Of a stretch of DNA of 64,000 bases, positions 1 through 10,493 are shown piece by piece. The notes under the pieces were generated by a model, which saw only the letters and a program-made list of their open reading frames with translations, did not search any database and was not told where the DNA came from. Both the position numbers and the translations under genes were made by a program. This DNA comes from Bacilli bacterium. GTDB lineage: Bacteria; Bacillota_I; Bacilli_A; ML615J-28; CAG-698. Each line of letters starts with the position of its first letter. Within the stretch, counting starts at the first letter, position 1. Where the stretch lies: positions 187,234 through 251,233 of the forward strand of contig JBMNLX010000001.1 in the NCBI GenBank assembly GCA_050953085.1, written 5' to 3'.

Positions 1-1305
1 GACAATCTCGTGGTTCGAGGAAATCATCATTTCGACGATCGTTCCCTCGAGCTCGTTATAGGAATAGTCGCGCTCATAGAGGCGCTTCTTTTTATAATGA
101 TAGACGACGACCTGGTCATAAGCGTCGGTTAATTCAGGGATAACGTCGAACTCGCCCGAGGCGAGCATCACGTATAAAGCCTCGTCGAAATCAATCACGG
201 TTTCAAGATTCTTTGAAAATTCAAGCAGGGAATCGTGAATGTTGTCGTTTAAAAGCGCAATATTGACGATATTGAGCGTCTTCTCTATTTTCGCAACCGT
301 CGCTTTCAGTTTATTGGCGATCTCAATGTTTTTATCGTCCTCGATCGACTCGCTTAAAATGTTCTCGTCGATTTTTTCAATCTCCGCTTCCAGCACGTCG
401 ATCGCCTGCAGCAGCTGTCTTAAATCCTCGCGGAAATTCTTGTTTTTCAGGACATAAATTTTCAAATAATTCTTATAAAAATCTTTCTTTACGTATAAAT
501 TCTCCGAGGATTCGATTTCCTTGATATACTTTTGGCTCACGCGAAAAGCCTCGTCGTAAAGATCCATTTCGATTAGCAAAGCGATATATTCGTTAGCGAT
601 GCCCAAATAATTTTCGCTGATGGCGTGAATGTTCTTAAAAATCCCCTGGAAAGACTGGCGGGCGAGCTTATAGTTTTTTTCCAGGATATGTAGTTTAGCG
701 TTTAAATACTCGCAATAAACAATCCCTTCCTCGTCTTCCAGCTTGTAAACGAGGGAAATACACTCGTTAAGAGTCTCCTTCGCCTCGTTGACCTGGGCTT
801 GGTCGATATAAAGCTTGGTAAGGTTGCTTAAGGCGAGACTGCGGGTGTTGTCGTCGGGATAATTATTCAAAACCGCCTTTAAATGCAGGAGCGCCTTGTC
901 TTTTTGATTAAGCTCGGCGTAAATGTAGGCCATCTCCAAGTACCAGCGATTTACTTCGTCGACGTTTTCCAAATCAAGAGCGTTGCGCTTCATAAACGCG
1001 TAGCGGTAGGCGCTTTTATAATTGCGTTTATGAATGAAAATATAAATAATCCGGTCCAAAAGCGAGATGTATATTTTTTGAAACACGACGTTGTCGATGT
1101 TGTTGAGCGCTTTTAGGGCCGTGTTTAATGCGTCGTCCCAAAGATTTTCGTTAATATAAATGTCGGTAATCAGAATATCGCAAAGATAAAGATATTCCTG
1201 ATTCATCTCCTGCCGGCATCTGCTCTTAAGCTCCATGATCTCGGAAAAATCGGCCAAGGCGAGAGAACGGGCGACTAATTCCTTGTACTTTTCTCTAATG
1301 CTCAT
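1..1305 (-). CDS. TPR-repeat protein, partial (runs off window start); possibly a signalling protein
   Basis: Not in ORF track. ATG at 1305 reads MSIREKYKELVARS... with helical TPR-like segments (YLEMAYIYAELNQKDKALLHLK; ALSNLTKLYIDQAQVNEAKETLNEC). C-terminus lies outside the window. Confidence 0.7.
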   Translation of the reverse strand, partial: MSIREKYKELVARSLALADFSEIMELKSRCRQEMNQEYLYLCDILITDIYINENLWDDALNTALKALNNIDNVVFQKIYISLLDRIIYIFIHKRNYKSAYRYAFMKRNALDLENVDEVNRWYLEMAYIYAELNQKDKALLHLKAVLNNYPDDNTRSLALSNLTKLYIDQAQVNEAKETLNECISLVYKLEDEEGIVYCEYLNAKLHILEKNYKLARQSFQGIFKNIHAISENYLGIANEYIALLIEMDLYDEAFRVSQKYIKEIESSENLYVKKDFYKNYLKIYVLKNKNFREDLRQLLQAIDVLEAEIEKIDENILSESIEDDKNIEIANKLKATVAKIEKTLNIVNIALLNDNIHDSLLEFSKNLETVIDFDEALYVMLASGEFDVIPELTDAYDQVVVYHYKKKRLYERDYSYNELEGTIVEMMISSNHEIV

Positions 1306-1435
1306 ATCCCAAAGATCCCTTTCGCTAGTCTTATATATTTTAATTATAACACAAAAAAAAGGTAAAGTTAATGTTTTTTTACTAAAAACGGCGGAAAAGA
1401 CGCTGAAACGACGGGATTAGCGAGGACGCTCCCGC

Positions 1436-1463
1436 AAATAAAAAAAGGAAACGTCGCCGTTTC
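1436..1463 (-). terminator. Intrinsic terminator after dtd
   Basis: GGAAACG-tcgc-CGTTTCC hairpin followed by a T-run on the minus strand. Confidence 0.7.
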
Positions 1464-1465
1464 CG

Positions 1466-1903
1466 TTAAAATTCCAAGATAATCGTCACCGGCCCGTCGT
1501 TTACGAGCTCGATATCCATATGCGCGCCAAAAACTCCCGTCTCGACCCTCAAGCCTTCGCCGGCGAGAACGGCGTTAAAGCGGTGGTAAAGCTTTTCCGC
1601 CGCGGCGGGGTTGAGGCTTTTTGTAAAAGAAGGCCGGTTTCCGGCGGTGGTGTCGGCGTATAAGGTAAACTGCGGGATCGAAAGAATCGCCCCGTTTTTG
1701 GCGCTAATATTCAAGTTCATCTTTCCGGCGTCATCGGGAAAAACGCGGAGGTTGGCGATTTTTTTCGCCATCTTCGCGAGCGCGTTATCATCGTCGCCCT
1801 CGGTAAAACCGACCAGAGCGAGAAAGCCTAAGCCTACTTCTCCCGTGACGCGACCCGCGACCTCGCATTTTGCTCTTGACACGCGCTGTAACACGACTCT
1901 CAT
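1466..1903 (-). CDS. dtd: D-aminoacyl-tRNA deacylase
   Basis: MRVVLQRV start, PQFTL and NDGPVT motifs; downstream of rel. Confidence 0.97.
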   Translation of the reverse strand: MRVVLQRVSRAKCEVAGRVTGEVGLGFLALVGFTEGDDDNALAKMAKKIANLRVFPDDAGKMNLNISAKNGAILSIPQFTLYADTTAGNRPSFTKSLNPAAAEKLYHRFNAVLAGEGLRVETGVFGAHMDIELVNDGPVTIILEF

Positions 1904-4098
1904 TTAATCACCCTTTCGATGGAATACACGTCGGATATTTTTTGCACGTTGACGATCGCGTTGTGTAAGACGTCGACGTTGGGCACGAGAAGCTTTACTT
2001 TCGTCAGCAGATCGCCGTCCCGGTTTTTAGCCGAGGAAATCGCCTTGATCGTCAAGTTAAAACTATTTAAAGTATTAATAAATTCCGCGACAATATTTTT
2101 CCTATCAAATGAAAGAATATAAACGAGCGACTCGAACGGTTTCTTCGAGAAATCCATATCCCAGATGACTTCGATAAAGCGTTCTTTTTTGGCGCTGCGG
2201 ACATTATGGCATTCCAAGCGGTGGACGACGATGCCGTGGCCTTTGCTTACGTAACCGACGATGTCGTCTCCCAATACCGGCGAGCAACAGGAAGCGAGTT
2301 TTATCTGGGCGCGGTCGACGCCGCTAACGATAACGCCCCATTCGTTGGCCGTTCTTTTCGCGGCCGCCGTTGACTCCTCCTCGCGGTAATGCCTGAGCAG
2401 GGCTTCCTCGTCAAGCTTTTCCGGCTTGCCGTATAAACGGTGAGCGGCCGCCTTGGCGGAGATCGTTCCTTTGCCGATCTCGACATACAAATCCTCGCCG
2501 CTGTTTATTCCGTACTTCGAGAAAAGCGCGGATACCGCCTTATCGTCAAGTTTCAGGATCGCGTAGTTTTCGGCTTTGCAGGTGCGCTCGAAATCTTCCT
2601 TTCCCTTGGCAATCAGCATCTCGCGGCGCTTCTTGTTAAGGACGGAAGTGATCTTGTGTTTCGCGTGATTGGTCTTGACGATTTTAAGCCATGACTCGCT
2701 CGGACCGTCAAAATTCTTCGACGTCTTAATCTCGACGACGTCCCCGGTTTTAAGTTTATATGTCAATGGCACGATCTTTCCGTTAACGATCGCCCCGACG
2801 GTATGATTCCCGATTTCGGTATGGATCCGGTAGGCGAAGTCAAGCGGGGTCGAGCCGTTGGGAAAATCAAGGACGTCGCCTTTCGGCGTGAAGACGTACA
2901 CGTTGGCGCTGAATATATCGTCGCGGATGTTGTCGAGCGGGTCAAAATCCTCCGACTCGCCGATCTCGGCGTAGGAAAGGAGTTCTTTGTACCAGCGCAG
3001 TTTCGCCACGATCTCGAGCTGTTCCTTCTCGGGCGAATAGGCTTTGTTCTCTTCTTTGTACGCCCAGTGGGCGGCGATACCGTATTCCGCGATCTCATCC
3101 ATCTCGTAAGTGCGGATTTGGATCTCGTAGATCTTGCCGTTAATGCCGACGACCGTCGTGTGCAACGATTGATAAAGATTTGGCTTCGGCGTCGCGATAT
3201 AGTCCTTAAACCTTAGCGGGAGCGGCGCCCATTCGCCGTGGATCAGGCCCAAAACATGATAGCAGTCCTCGATCGTATCGACTAAAATCCGCAAAGCCAT
3301 CAAATCATAAATCTGATCGAATTCCAAGTCTTTCTGGCGCATTTTTTTACTAACGCTAAAAATATTTTTAAGTCGGCCGGTAATCTCGTAGTTTTTGATC
3401 CCGTTATGGCTTAAGATATCCTCGATCCGGTGTTGCATCCGGCTGATGTCTTCCTCGCGAATCGCTTTTTGACTCGTGATTAAAGTCAGGACGCGCTCGT
3501 ATTCTTCCGGGTCCAGGTATTTAAAACTGATGTCCTCAAGCTCCGCCTTAATCTTATACATACCGAGACGATGCGCGAGCGGCGCGTAAAGATCCATCGT
3601 CTCTTTGGCGATTTTTATTTGCTTTTCCGGCGTTTGGAATTCCAACGTCCGCATATTATGCACGCGGTCGATGAGTTTAACCAAAACGACGCGGATGTCC
3701 TTGGCCATCGCCAAAAGTATTTTCTGGTGGGTTCGGGCGAGCGCTTTTTCCTTCGTCATGTACTTCAGCTGGCCGATTTTCGTAACCCCTTCGACGATGT
3801 TTACGACATCCGTCCCAAATCTTTCCGTTAATTCCTTGCGCGAAGTGTCGGTATCCTCGAGAACGTCGTGAAGGAGCCCGGCAACGATTGTCGTCGGCGA
3901 AACCCGCAGTTCCGCGAGCATATAAGCGACTTCCAGAGGATGCTGGATGTACGGGTCCCGGGATTTCCGGAATTGGCCTTCATGCCGGGCCTTCGCGTAT
4001 TCATAGGCGGCGCGAATGGCTTCGATGTTATTCGGGTTCTTCAAGTATTCCCCGGCTTTCGCGACCAGGTCTTCGATTGTTTTCTTCGCCATATGCAT
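1900..4098 (-). CDS. relA: Bifunctional (p)ppGpp synthetase/hydrolase Rel
   Basis: HD motif LLHDVLEDT, synthetase YQSLHT/EIQIRT, TGS and ACT domains. Confidence 0.97.
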   Translation of the reverse strand: MHMAKKTIEDLVAKAGEYLKNPNNIEAIRAAYEYAKARHEGQFRKSRDPYIQHPLEVAYMLAELRVSPTTIVAGLLHDVLEDTDTSRKELTERFGTDVVNIVEGVTKIGQLKYMTKEKALARTHQKILLAMAKDIRVVLVKLIDRVHNMRTLEFQTPEKQIKIAKETMDLYAPLAHRLGMYKIKAELEDISFKYLDPEEYERVLTLITSQKAIREEDISRMQHRIEDILSHNGIKNYEITGRLKNIFSVSKKMRQKDLEFDQIYDLMALRILVDTIEDCYHVLGLIHGEWAPLPLRFKDYIATPKPNLYQSLHTTVVGINGKIYEIQIRTYEMDEIAEYGIAAHWAYKEENKAYSPEKEQLEIVAKLRWYKELLSYAEIGESEDFDPLDNIRDDIFSANVYVFTPKGDVLDFPNGSTPLDFAYRIHTEIGNHTVGAIVNGKIVPLTYKLKTGDVVEIKTSKNFDGPSESWLKIVKTNHAKHKITSVLNKKRREMLIAKGKEDFERTCKAENYAILKLDDKAVSALFSKYGINSGEDLYVEIGKGTISAKAAAHRLYGKPEKLDEEALLRHYREEESTAAAKRTANEWGVIVSGVDRAQIKLASCCSPVLGDDIVGYVSKGHGIVVHRLECHNVRSAKKERFIEVIWDMDFSKKPFESLVYILSFDRKNIVAEFINTLNSFNLTIKAISSAKNRDGDLLTKVKLLVPNVDVLHNAIVNVQKISDVYSIERVIK

Positions 4099-4163
4099 CC
4101 TTTGGCTGATGCCGATCTCCTTTCCTGAAAAATTTTTATAAACATCGCGCTAACGATTAATAA

Positions 4164-4676
4164 TTAATAAGTTATCAAGGTCTTAATCCGGTAACCCTCG
4201 AGAAGGTCGCGGCCGCGCAGATCGCTAAGTTCGATTAAAAAGCCCAAACCGACGACGACGCCCCCGAGTTTCTCGACGAGATCGATCGTCGCTTTGACCG
4301 TGCCTCCGGTCGCGAGCAGATCGTCGATAACGAGAACTTTTTGCCCGGGCTTGATCGCGTCCTTATGAACGCACAGGGTGTTCTCGCCGTATTCGAGCTG
4401 GTAGGAAACGGCGATCGTCTCCCGAGGCAATTTATTGGGTTTCCGGACGGGAACAAAACCGATCCCCAAACGATAAGCGATCGGGCAGCCGAAAATAAAG
4501 CCGCGCGATTCCGGCCCGACGATTATTTCGGCGCCGATCTCGACCGCGAAATCTTTCAGTTCTTCACAGGCCGCCTGAAAAGCAACCCCGTTCCCCATCA
4601 GCGGCGTAATATCGCGAAAAAGGATGCCCTCGACCGGGAAGTCGGGTACCGATGCGATATACTTTTTGTAATCCAT
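4164..4676 (-). CDS. apt: Adenine phosphoribosyltransferase
   Basis: [14 protein letters not shown] and [11 protein letters not shown]; start moved to MDYKK after AAGGAG RBS. Confidence 0.96.
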   Translation of the reverse strand: MDYKKYIASVPDFPVEGILFRDITPLMGNGVAFQAACEELKDFAVEIGAEIIVGPESRGFIFGCPIAYRLGIGFVPVRKPNKLPRETIAVSYQLEYGENTLCVHKDAIKPGQKVLVIDDLLATGGTVKATIDLVEKLGGVVVGLGFLIELSDLRGRDLLEGYRIKTLITY

Positions 4677-4780
4677 ATCTTTCATCTCCTTATTGATATT
4701 TAATATTATATCAAAAAAATCGACAAATGTGTAGCAAAATTTGCTTTTTCGCGGCGGGAAGAAAAATAAATTGATAATAA

Positions 4781-4808
4781 TCATATTTTTCGCCCGCCTT
4801 CATAGATT
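4781..4808 (+). promoter_or_regulatory. SigmaE-like promoter of spoVB
   Basis: TCATATT-N13-CATAGATT, close to the B. subtilis sigmaE consensus. Confidence 0.55.
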
Positions 4809-4826
4809 TTAACGACGGGGGCAGTT

Positions 4827-6296
4827 ATGAAGGACGGGATTGTAAAAAACACGATAATACTAATCGCGACGAGCATGATCATCCGCGTCTTAAGTCTCGT
4901 TAACCGGATCGTTCTCACCCGCCTACTCGGGGAGGAGGGGATCGCGTTATACGTTATCACCCTCCCCTCGCTCGGTCTTTTCATGACTTTCGCGGGCTTT
5001 TCCCTAAACATCGCGGTAAGCAAGGTAATCGCGGAAAACGCCGTCACCGGCAGACACTCGGAGAAAAAGATCCTCTCGGTCGCGGTCGCGATTGGCCTCG
5101 CGGTCTCGGCGGCGACGATCCTGCTCGCGCTCGCGATTCTAAAGCCTCTCATCGTTTACGGTCTGAAACAGGAAAACGCCTTTTTTCCGCTTCTGGCGTC
5201 CGTCTTTTTTCTTCCTCTGATCGCTTTAAACAATGTCTTCCGCGGTTATTTTAACGGGAAAAACCGAATGGCGACGAGCGCTTACGCGACTCTCGTCGAG
5301 CAGGTAAGCCGGATCGCCTGCGCTTTCCTCCTTTTGTATCTTTTCTTATCCCGCGGCCTGATTATCGCCGTGACGCTCGCGGTGCTTGCGATGGGGGGAG
5401 GAGAGATTGTTTCGCTCGCGTTTATTCTTTGGAAAATGCGGAAGGAAAGACCGCGCCCGAACGCGTCGACCGCCCCGCCAACGAACGCGCTTCTGAAAGT
5501 CGCGATTCCGACCACCGCCTCGCGCCTGGTCGGAACCTTTACATACTTTTTAGAGCCGATTGTCTATACCGCCGCGTTGACTTTGGTCGGCCTCGGACCC
5601 GGGGAGATCCTCCGCCGCTACAGCGCGATCACCGCCTACGGCATCCCCCTCATTACCCTTTGCTCGTTCGTCTCGACCTCGATCGCGACCGTCGTTATCC
5701 CGAGCATCTCAAAAAGCCGCGCTCTCGGGAACGACCGGATGGTAAATTACTATATAAAAAAGTCCTGCCTTCTCTCCCTCGTCCCGGGAATCTTAATCAG
5801 CGTTCTCATAACCGCCTACGGGCGCGATTATATGCTTTTGATTTACGGGACGGAAACGGGAAGCGTTTATGCGGAAAAACTCGGGGGGCTTTTTATCCTC
5901 TTTTATCTTCACGCCCCGCTCGCCGCCGTGATGCAGGCCGTCGGCCGGTCGCGGGTCCTGTTCCGGGTTTCGCTCATAACAAGCGTCATTAAGCTCGGGC
6001 TTATTTTCGGGCTCGCTTTTATCCCCCGCGTCGCCCACGATTCCTTAATCGCCGCGCTTCTCGTCAATACTTACCTCTCAACCGCCTGGATCTACTTCTA
6101 TTTGAAAAACAACTTCAAATTCAGGTTTTCCTTCGCGGAGATTCTGAACGTTTTGATTTTGACCGCGCTCACGATTTCAACCCACATTATATTAAAAGCA
6201 GGCTTTTCCAATTACCTGCTTAATACCGTCTTGCTTGCGCTTATGTTTTTCATCTACTGTAAAGCGTTAAAAATTACACGTTTCGATTATAAATAG
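4827..6296 (+). CDS. spoVB: SpoVB-like MOP-family flippase
   Basis: Polytopic membrane protein, LTRLLGEEGIALY, FRGYFNG, EQVSRI; same neighbourhood as B. subtilis spoVB (yrbG, apt). Confidence 0.8.
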   Translation: MKDGIVKNTIILIATSMIIRVLSLVNRIVLTRLLGEEGIALYVITLPSLGLFMTFAGFSLNIAVSKVIAENAVTGRHSEKKILSVAVAIGLAVSAATILLALAILKPLIVYGLKQENAFFPLLASVFFLPLIALNNVFRGYFNGKNRMATSAYATLVEQVSRIACAFLLLYLFLSRGLIIAVTLAVLAMGGGEIVSLAFILWKMRKERPRPNASTAPPTNALLKVAIPTTASRLVGTFTYFLEPIVYTAALTLVGLGPGEILRRYSAITAYGIPLITLCSFVSTSIATVVIPSISKSRALGNDRMVNYYIKKSCLLSLVPGILISVLITAYGRDYMLLIYGTETGSVYAEKLGGLFILFYLHAPLAAVMQAVGRSRVLFRVSLITSVIKLGLIFGLAFIPRVAHDSLIAALLVNTYLSTAWIYFYLKNNFKFRFSFAEILNVLILTALTISTHIILKAGFSNYLLNTVLLALMFFIYCKALKITRFDYK

Positions 6297-6992
6297 CTTC
6301 TTGTTCTCGTAATTGGCGTAAAGGATTTCTTTTTCCGATTGATATCCTTTTTTCTTAATTTCCTTGCGCAGCCAATCCTCGCTCAAGTTAAGAAGCTTGA
6401 GATTGTCCTTATGGATCTTTCCGGAAACGATTAGCGGGAACGGGTAGATTTCTTCCGGCGCCGACGCCGCGTCGTACCCGCCGTCGGTTTTCCCGGTCGG
6501 GTTATGGGCCGTGGTCGTTTTTGTTTTCGGATCGCGCGAGGGAAAATCCTTGAATTTAAAAATGCTAATCTCGCCGTTCGCCTCGAGGACGGCGTATTTT
6601 ATTTCCGAAAGCGAGCGGATGTTTTTAATCCGCATCTGGACGATCAAATCGTCGACGTTGTACGACTGCTTCTTCATCTCCTTGACGTTAAGTTTCCCGT
6701 CGATCATAATAATTGATTCCTTGCCGTCGAAAAAGTCGCGAATCGGCTTCACCTTAAGCAGGATGACCGCCAATATTTTTTGGATCACGCCCAAAAGCAG
6801 AATCGAAAGCAAGGTCATATAAAAGGGTACGGAGCCGTCCTCGGCGCCGATTACGGCGATATCGGCGATGAGCAACACGACGACGAAGTCAAAAAGGCTC
6901 AATTGCCCGATCTCCCTTTTGCCCATGAATTTAAGCAAGAATAAAATGAAGAAATAAATCGCCAAAACCTTAAGCAACAACATCCAGTCCAT
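6267..6992 (-). CDS. DUF421 (YetF/YrbG) membrane protein
   Basis: MGKREIGQLSLFDFVV and AVLEANGEIS motifs. Confidence 0.9.
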   Translation of the reverse strand: MDWMLLLKVLAIYFFILFLLKFMGKREIGQLSLFDFVVVLLIADIAVIGAEDGSVPFYMTLLSILLLGVIQKILAVILLKVKPIRDFFDGKESIIMIDGKLNVKEMKKQSYNVDDLIVQMRIKNIRSLSEIKYAVLEANGEISIFKFKDFPSRDPKTKTTTAHNPTGKTDGGYDAASAPEEIYPFPLIVSGKIHKDNLKLLNLSEDWLRKEIKKKGYQSEKEILYANYENKKLFIIETCNF

Positions 6993-7056
6993 TGCCTTCC
7001 GCTCCTTTTGTTCTAAATAACGCGTTTTTTAAATATAATTTAGTGGTGAAATCAAC

Positions 7057-7443
7057 ATGAAAAGAATAAAAAGAAAACTTTTTGTCTATCTTTGCTTCCT
7101 GTTTATTATTTCCATATTCAGCGGCGTTTATGCGTTGTTAATCTTTCTTGGGAAAGCCGACAGCCAACTGGCCGCTTTTAACACCGTCACCTTTATTTTG
7201 GGCGTCGCCGCGTTTTTTATACTCGGCTTTCTCGCCGGCAACACCGCGCAAAAAAACGGTCTCCTGGAGGGCTTGATCGCCGCGCTCGTCGTTATTTTGA
7301 TAACGCTCGCGCTTAACTTTTTCATCCAGGTGCCGTTCGTGGCGAAATCGTTCGTCAAAACGGCGAGTTTTCTTACGAGCTCGGCCTTGGGCGGGATCAT
7401 CGGCGTCAATTTCCGTTCCGTTTTGCCGGTTAAGGAAGAATAG
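7057..7443 (+). CDS. YrzE/TIGR04086-type four-TM membrane protein
   Basis: GFLAG...KNGLLEG and LGGIIGVN motifs; synteny with yrbG-spoVB. Confidence 0.75.
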   Translation: MKRIKRKLFVYLCFLFIISIFSGVYALLIFLGKADSQLAAFNTVTFILGVAAFFILGFLAGNTAQKNGLLEGLIAALVVILITLALNFFIQVPFVAKSFVKTASFLTSSALGGIIGVNFRSVLPVKEE

Positions 7444-7491
7444 CATTTACAAGCGCCTGCGGTTGTGATAAAATAAGACCTAGGTGATACG

Positions 7492-8742
7492 ATGGAACCT
7501 TTGGCTCATAAAATGCGACCGCGGACGCTGGACGAAGTGATCGGCCAGGCGCACCTGGTCGGGAAGAACGGCGTTATCCGCCGGATGGTCGAAAACCGGC
7601 GGCTTTCTTCCCTGATACTCTACGGCGACCCCGGCACCGGCAAGACGACGATCGCGCTCGCGGCTTGCGCCGACCTCGGGTTTCCCCGCCACACGTTTAA
7701 CGCCAGCACCGACAACAAGGCGACCTTGAAAGAGATTATCGATTTCGCCCGCCTACAACCGGAAACGGTGATAATCGTCGACGAGATTCACCGGATGAAA
7801 AAAGACATCCAGGATTATCTTTTGCCGTTTGTCGAGCGGGGCGATTTGATTTTGATCGGGATCACGACCGTTAACCCGTATCATTCGGTGAACCCGGCGA
7901 TCCGCTCGCGAACTTTGATTTACAAACTGCGCGAGTTGACCGAAGAAGATTTGCGCGTCGCTTTCAACCGCGCGCTTGCGAATCTCGATAAAGAACTAAA
8001 GTTTTCGCCCGACGCCGAGAATTATCTTATCGGCATGGCGGGCGGCGAGATCCGTTCGCTAATCAACATGGTCGAGGCCGCGGCCTTTGCTTCGCGCGCG
8101 GGCGAGGAAATCACTCTCGATCTCGCAAAATCAATCGTCCTCCGTCCCGCCGTCCATATCGATAAAAGCGACGATAATTACTACGATACTCTAAGCGGCC
8201 TGCATAAATCAATCCGCGGCAGCGATCCCGACGCCGCGCTTCATTATCTGGCTAAGCTTCTTACCGCCGAGGATTTTCTGCCGCTTGTTCGCCGCTTGTA
8301 CTGCATTTGTTATGAGGATATATCGCTCGCGAACCCGGCGATGGGGCCGAAGGTCAGAGCCGCGTGCGAGGCGGCGCTTGAGCTCGGGATGCCGGAAGCA
8401 AGACTCCCGCTCGCGAGCATCGTCGTCGACATGGCCCTCTCGCCGAAATCAAACAGCACTTATAAGGCGATTGAGACGGCGATGAAGGATATCGCGGAAG
8501 GCAGAAGCGGCCCTTTGCCTTTGCATTTAAAAAATATCGGTTCCTTCGATCCGCGGCAGACGCCGTACAAATATCCCCACGATTATCCGGGCTCCTGGGT
8601 CGACCAGCAATACCTTCCCGACGCCATCCGCGACCGGAAATACTACTTCCCCAAGGACTCGAGCAAGTACGAGGAAGCGCTCGGCGAGCGATACCGCGCG
8701 ATCGAGAACGCGAAAAAGAAAAACAAACAAAACGACCGTTAA
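7492..8742 (+). CDS. rarA: Replication-associated recombination protein A
   Basis: PLAHKMRPRTLDE, Walker A GDPGTGKT, DEIHR, HKSIRGSDPDA, YKYPHDY. Confidence 0.95.
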   Translation: MEPLAHKMRPRTLDEVIGQAHLVGKNGVIRRMVENRRLSSLILYGDPGTGKTTIALAACADLGFPRHTFNASTDNKATLKEIIDFARLQPETVIIVDEIHRMKKDIQDYLLPFVERGDLILIGITTVNPYHSVNPAIRSRTLIYKLRELTEEDLRVAFNRALANLDKELKFSPDAENYLIGMAGGEIRSLINMVEAAAFASRAGEEITLDLAKSIVLRPAVHIDKSDDNYYDTLSGLHKSIRGSDPDAALHYLAKLLTAEDFLPLVRRLYCICYEDISLANPAMGPKVRAACEAALELGMPEARLPLASIVVDMALSPKSNSTYKAIETAMKDIAEGRSGPLPLHLKNIGSFDPRQTPYKYPHDYPGSWVDQQYLPDAIRDRKYYFPKDSSKYEEALGERYRAIENAKKKNKQNDR

Positions 8743-8756
8743 ACGGTCGCTTTTTA
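8731..8756. terminator. Bidirectional terminator between rarA and the spoIIIE-like gene
   Basis: CGACCGT-taa-ACGGTCG hairpin with A/T flanks. Confidence 0.6.
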
Positions 8757-10493
8757 TTTGAGATGACTTTTTACCGCGTCGATATCCTTTTTCGAAACGA
8801 GCGCCGTCTGGAGCCGGCGCGCCTTGATTTGGCTTAAGTAAAAACAATCGCCTTCGGCTTGAAGAAAAGTCGCGTTTTCGTTATTGATGATTTTTTGCGA
8901 GAAAAGGCCGCTTTCGAGTTTAAAAACAAGTTTATTGGGAAAAAGGCTCAATACGATGCTCGTCGCGTACATCGCGTCGCGAACGACGTATAACACCGTG
9001 ATTCCCGCTTTTTCCCCGAGTTGGATAATATACATCAACTTGTTTTCGAAATAAGAATATGTTTCCTTATCACAATCAAGCCGATTGATAATAATGAACT
9101 TTCGGCGCATGCGGAGTTCGGAACTATTCTCAATCTCGAGTTTCTTGTTATACTCGTCCATCGAGGAGACCCCGGCGCCGTTGATCGTTTTCAGTTTCGC
9201 GTCGATCTCCGCGATCACCGCCGTCAGGAACTCGTTCACGTCGCCGCCCGTTTCTGTCGGAATGAGATTGTGAAGAACAAAGAGCTCGCCTTTCCCGTCG
9301 TAAAGCTCGATTTCATAATTGAGCAGGTTTTCTTTTACAAAAAGAGCGAAAACATAGAAATTTACGAAATTCCTTATGCCGGTCTTCTCGCTGCCGATAA
9401 GAAGCAAATGTCCGTTTTGCGAGACGTCAAGCTCGCAGAGCTTGTTTTCGTAAGTTAAGCCGAGCGGCATGATAAAATTACTCCGCAGGCTGCTTTGTTT
9501 CATCAAAAGTTCCCGCATTGTGAGGATTTGCGGGTATTTGTTAACGATTTGAATCATGAGCGCGCTCCCGTCGCGGGCAAGCAAAAGATCTTCCTCGATA
9601 ACGTTGTTCAGCCGTTCGAGAAGCTTCGTCGTCTCAAACTCGGAGAAAACGGTGAATTTATAAGTCGTGACTTTATACGAGACGGTTAAATCAAGATCGC
9701 GGTACTCGATATGGAGATTATTGAAAACGGAATGAATCAGGCTCCGCGTTTCGTAGGCGGTTTTTTCCTGAAAATTATAATTCATGACGTTCTGATATTC
9801 TTCCAGAATCTTAAGCGGGACCTGTTGCGCCTTCGCGAAGATATTCTTTTTCTCCGCCGGCTGTCCGCGGCGGCCGAGGTCATATTTAAAGAAACGGTTA
9901 AACCGCTTACCGAGATGCCCGACGTCTTTGACCTTCCGTCCGAAAGTTTTGAATATATCGACGATCGGCATGTCGATAATGAGCGAGACACCCAGCATCA
10001 GGATAAACGCGCCGGCGAGGACGACCCCGACCGTGCCGATTAAGTAATAGACCACGTAAAACATTACCGCTCCGAGCATCCCGCCGCCAAGATACATTTC
10101 GCTGCCGGAGTTGATGTATTGACGGTACAGGGACCATGTTTCCGCGAAATAGTTCCTGTTCCTTTGCTTGATTAAATTATGGATCGGAAAATGAGCGAAG
10201 ATGAGCAAACTGAAACAAATAAACACGCAGCCGATAAAGCGCGGGTTTTTAAAGTCGAAACTCTTATGACGCAAAAGACTTAAAAAGCCGTAAAACATTA
10301 AAAAGACGATAAAAATCCAATACCAGTCGCCGAAAATAACTTTGAAAAAAACGGCTAAAAAATAGCCAATCTTCCCCAGACGGCCGAGAATCGTTATCGC
10401 GAGTATTATGCATATTACCCCGACGAGTTCGTAGTAAAACAGCGTTTCTTCCTTTTCTTTCTCGTCGGCGCTGCGCTTCTTCTCTTTACCCAT
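8754..10493 (-). CDS. SpoIIIE/FtsK homolog with degenerate ATPase motifs and no gamma domain
   Basis: SpoIIIE-type N-terminal TM domain (YELVG...FGDWYW...GGGMLG); motor-like region with HLLLIGSEKTG in place of Walker A and IIINRLD in place of Walker B. Confidence 0.8.
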   Translation of the reverse strand: MGKEKKRSADEKEKEETLFYYELVGVICIILAITILGRLGKIGYFLAVFFKVIFGDWYWIFIVFLMFYGFLSLLRHKSFDFKNPRFIGCVFICFSLLIFAHFPIHNLIKQRNRNYFAETWSLYRQYINSGSEMYLGGGMLGAVMFYVVYYLIGTVGVVLAGAFILMLGVSLIIDMPIVDIFKTFGRKVKDVGHLGKRFNRFFKYDLGRRGQPAEKKNIFAKAQQVPLKILEEYQNVMNYNFQEKTAYETRSLIHSVFNNLHIEYRDLDLTVSYKVTTYKFTVFSEFETTKLLERLNNVIEEDLLLARDGSALMIQIVNKYPQILTMRELLMKQSSLRSNFIMPLGLTYENKLCELDVSQNGHLLLIGSEKTGIRNFVNFYVFALFVKENLLNYEIELYDGKGELFVLHNLIPTETGGDVNEFLTAVIAEIDAKLKTINGAGVSSMDEYNKKLEIENSSELRMRRKFIIINRLDCDKETYSYFENKLMYIIQLGEKAGITVLYVVRDAMYATSIVLSLFPNKLVFKLESGLFSQKIINNENATFLQAEGDCFYLSQIKARRLQTALVSKKDIDAVKSHLK

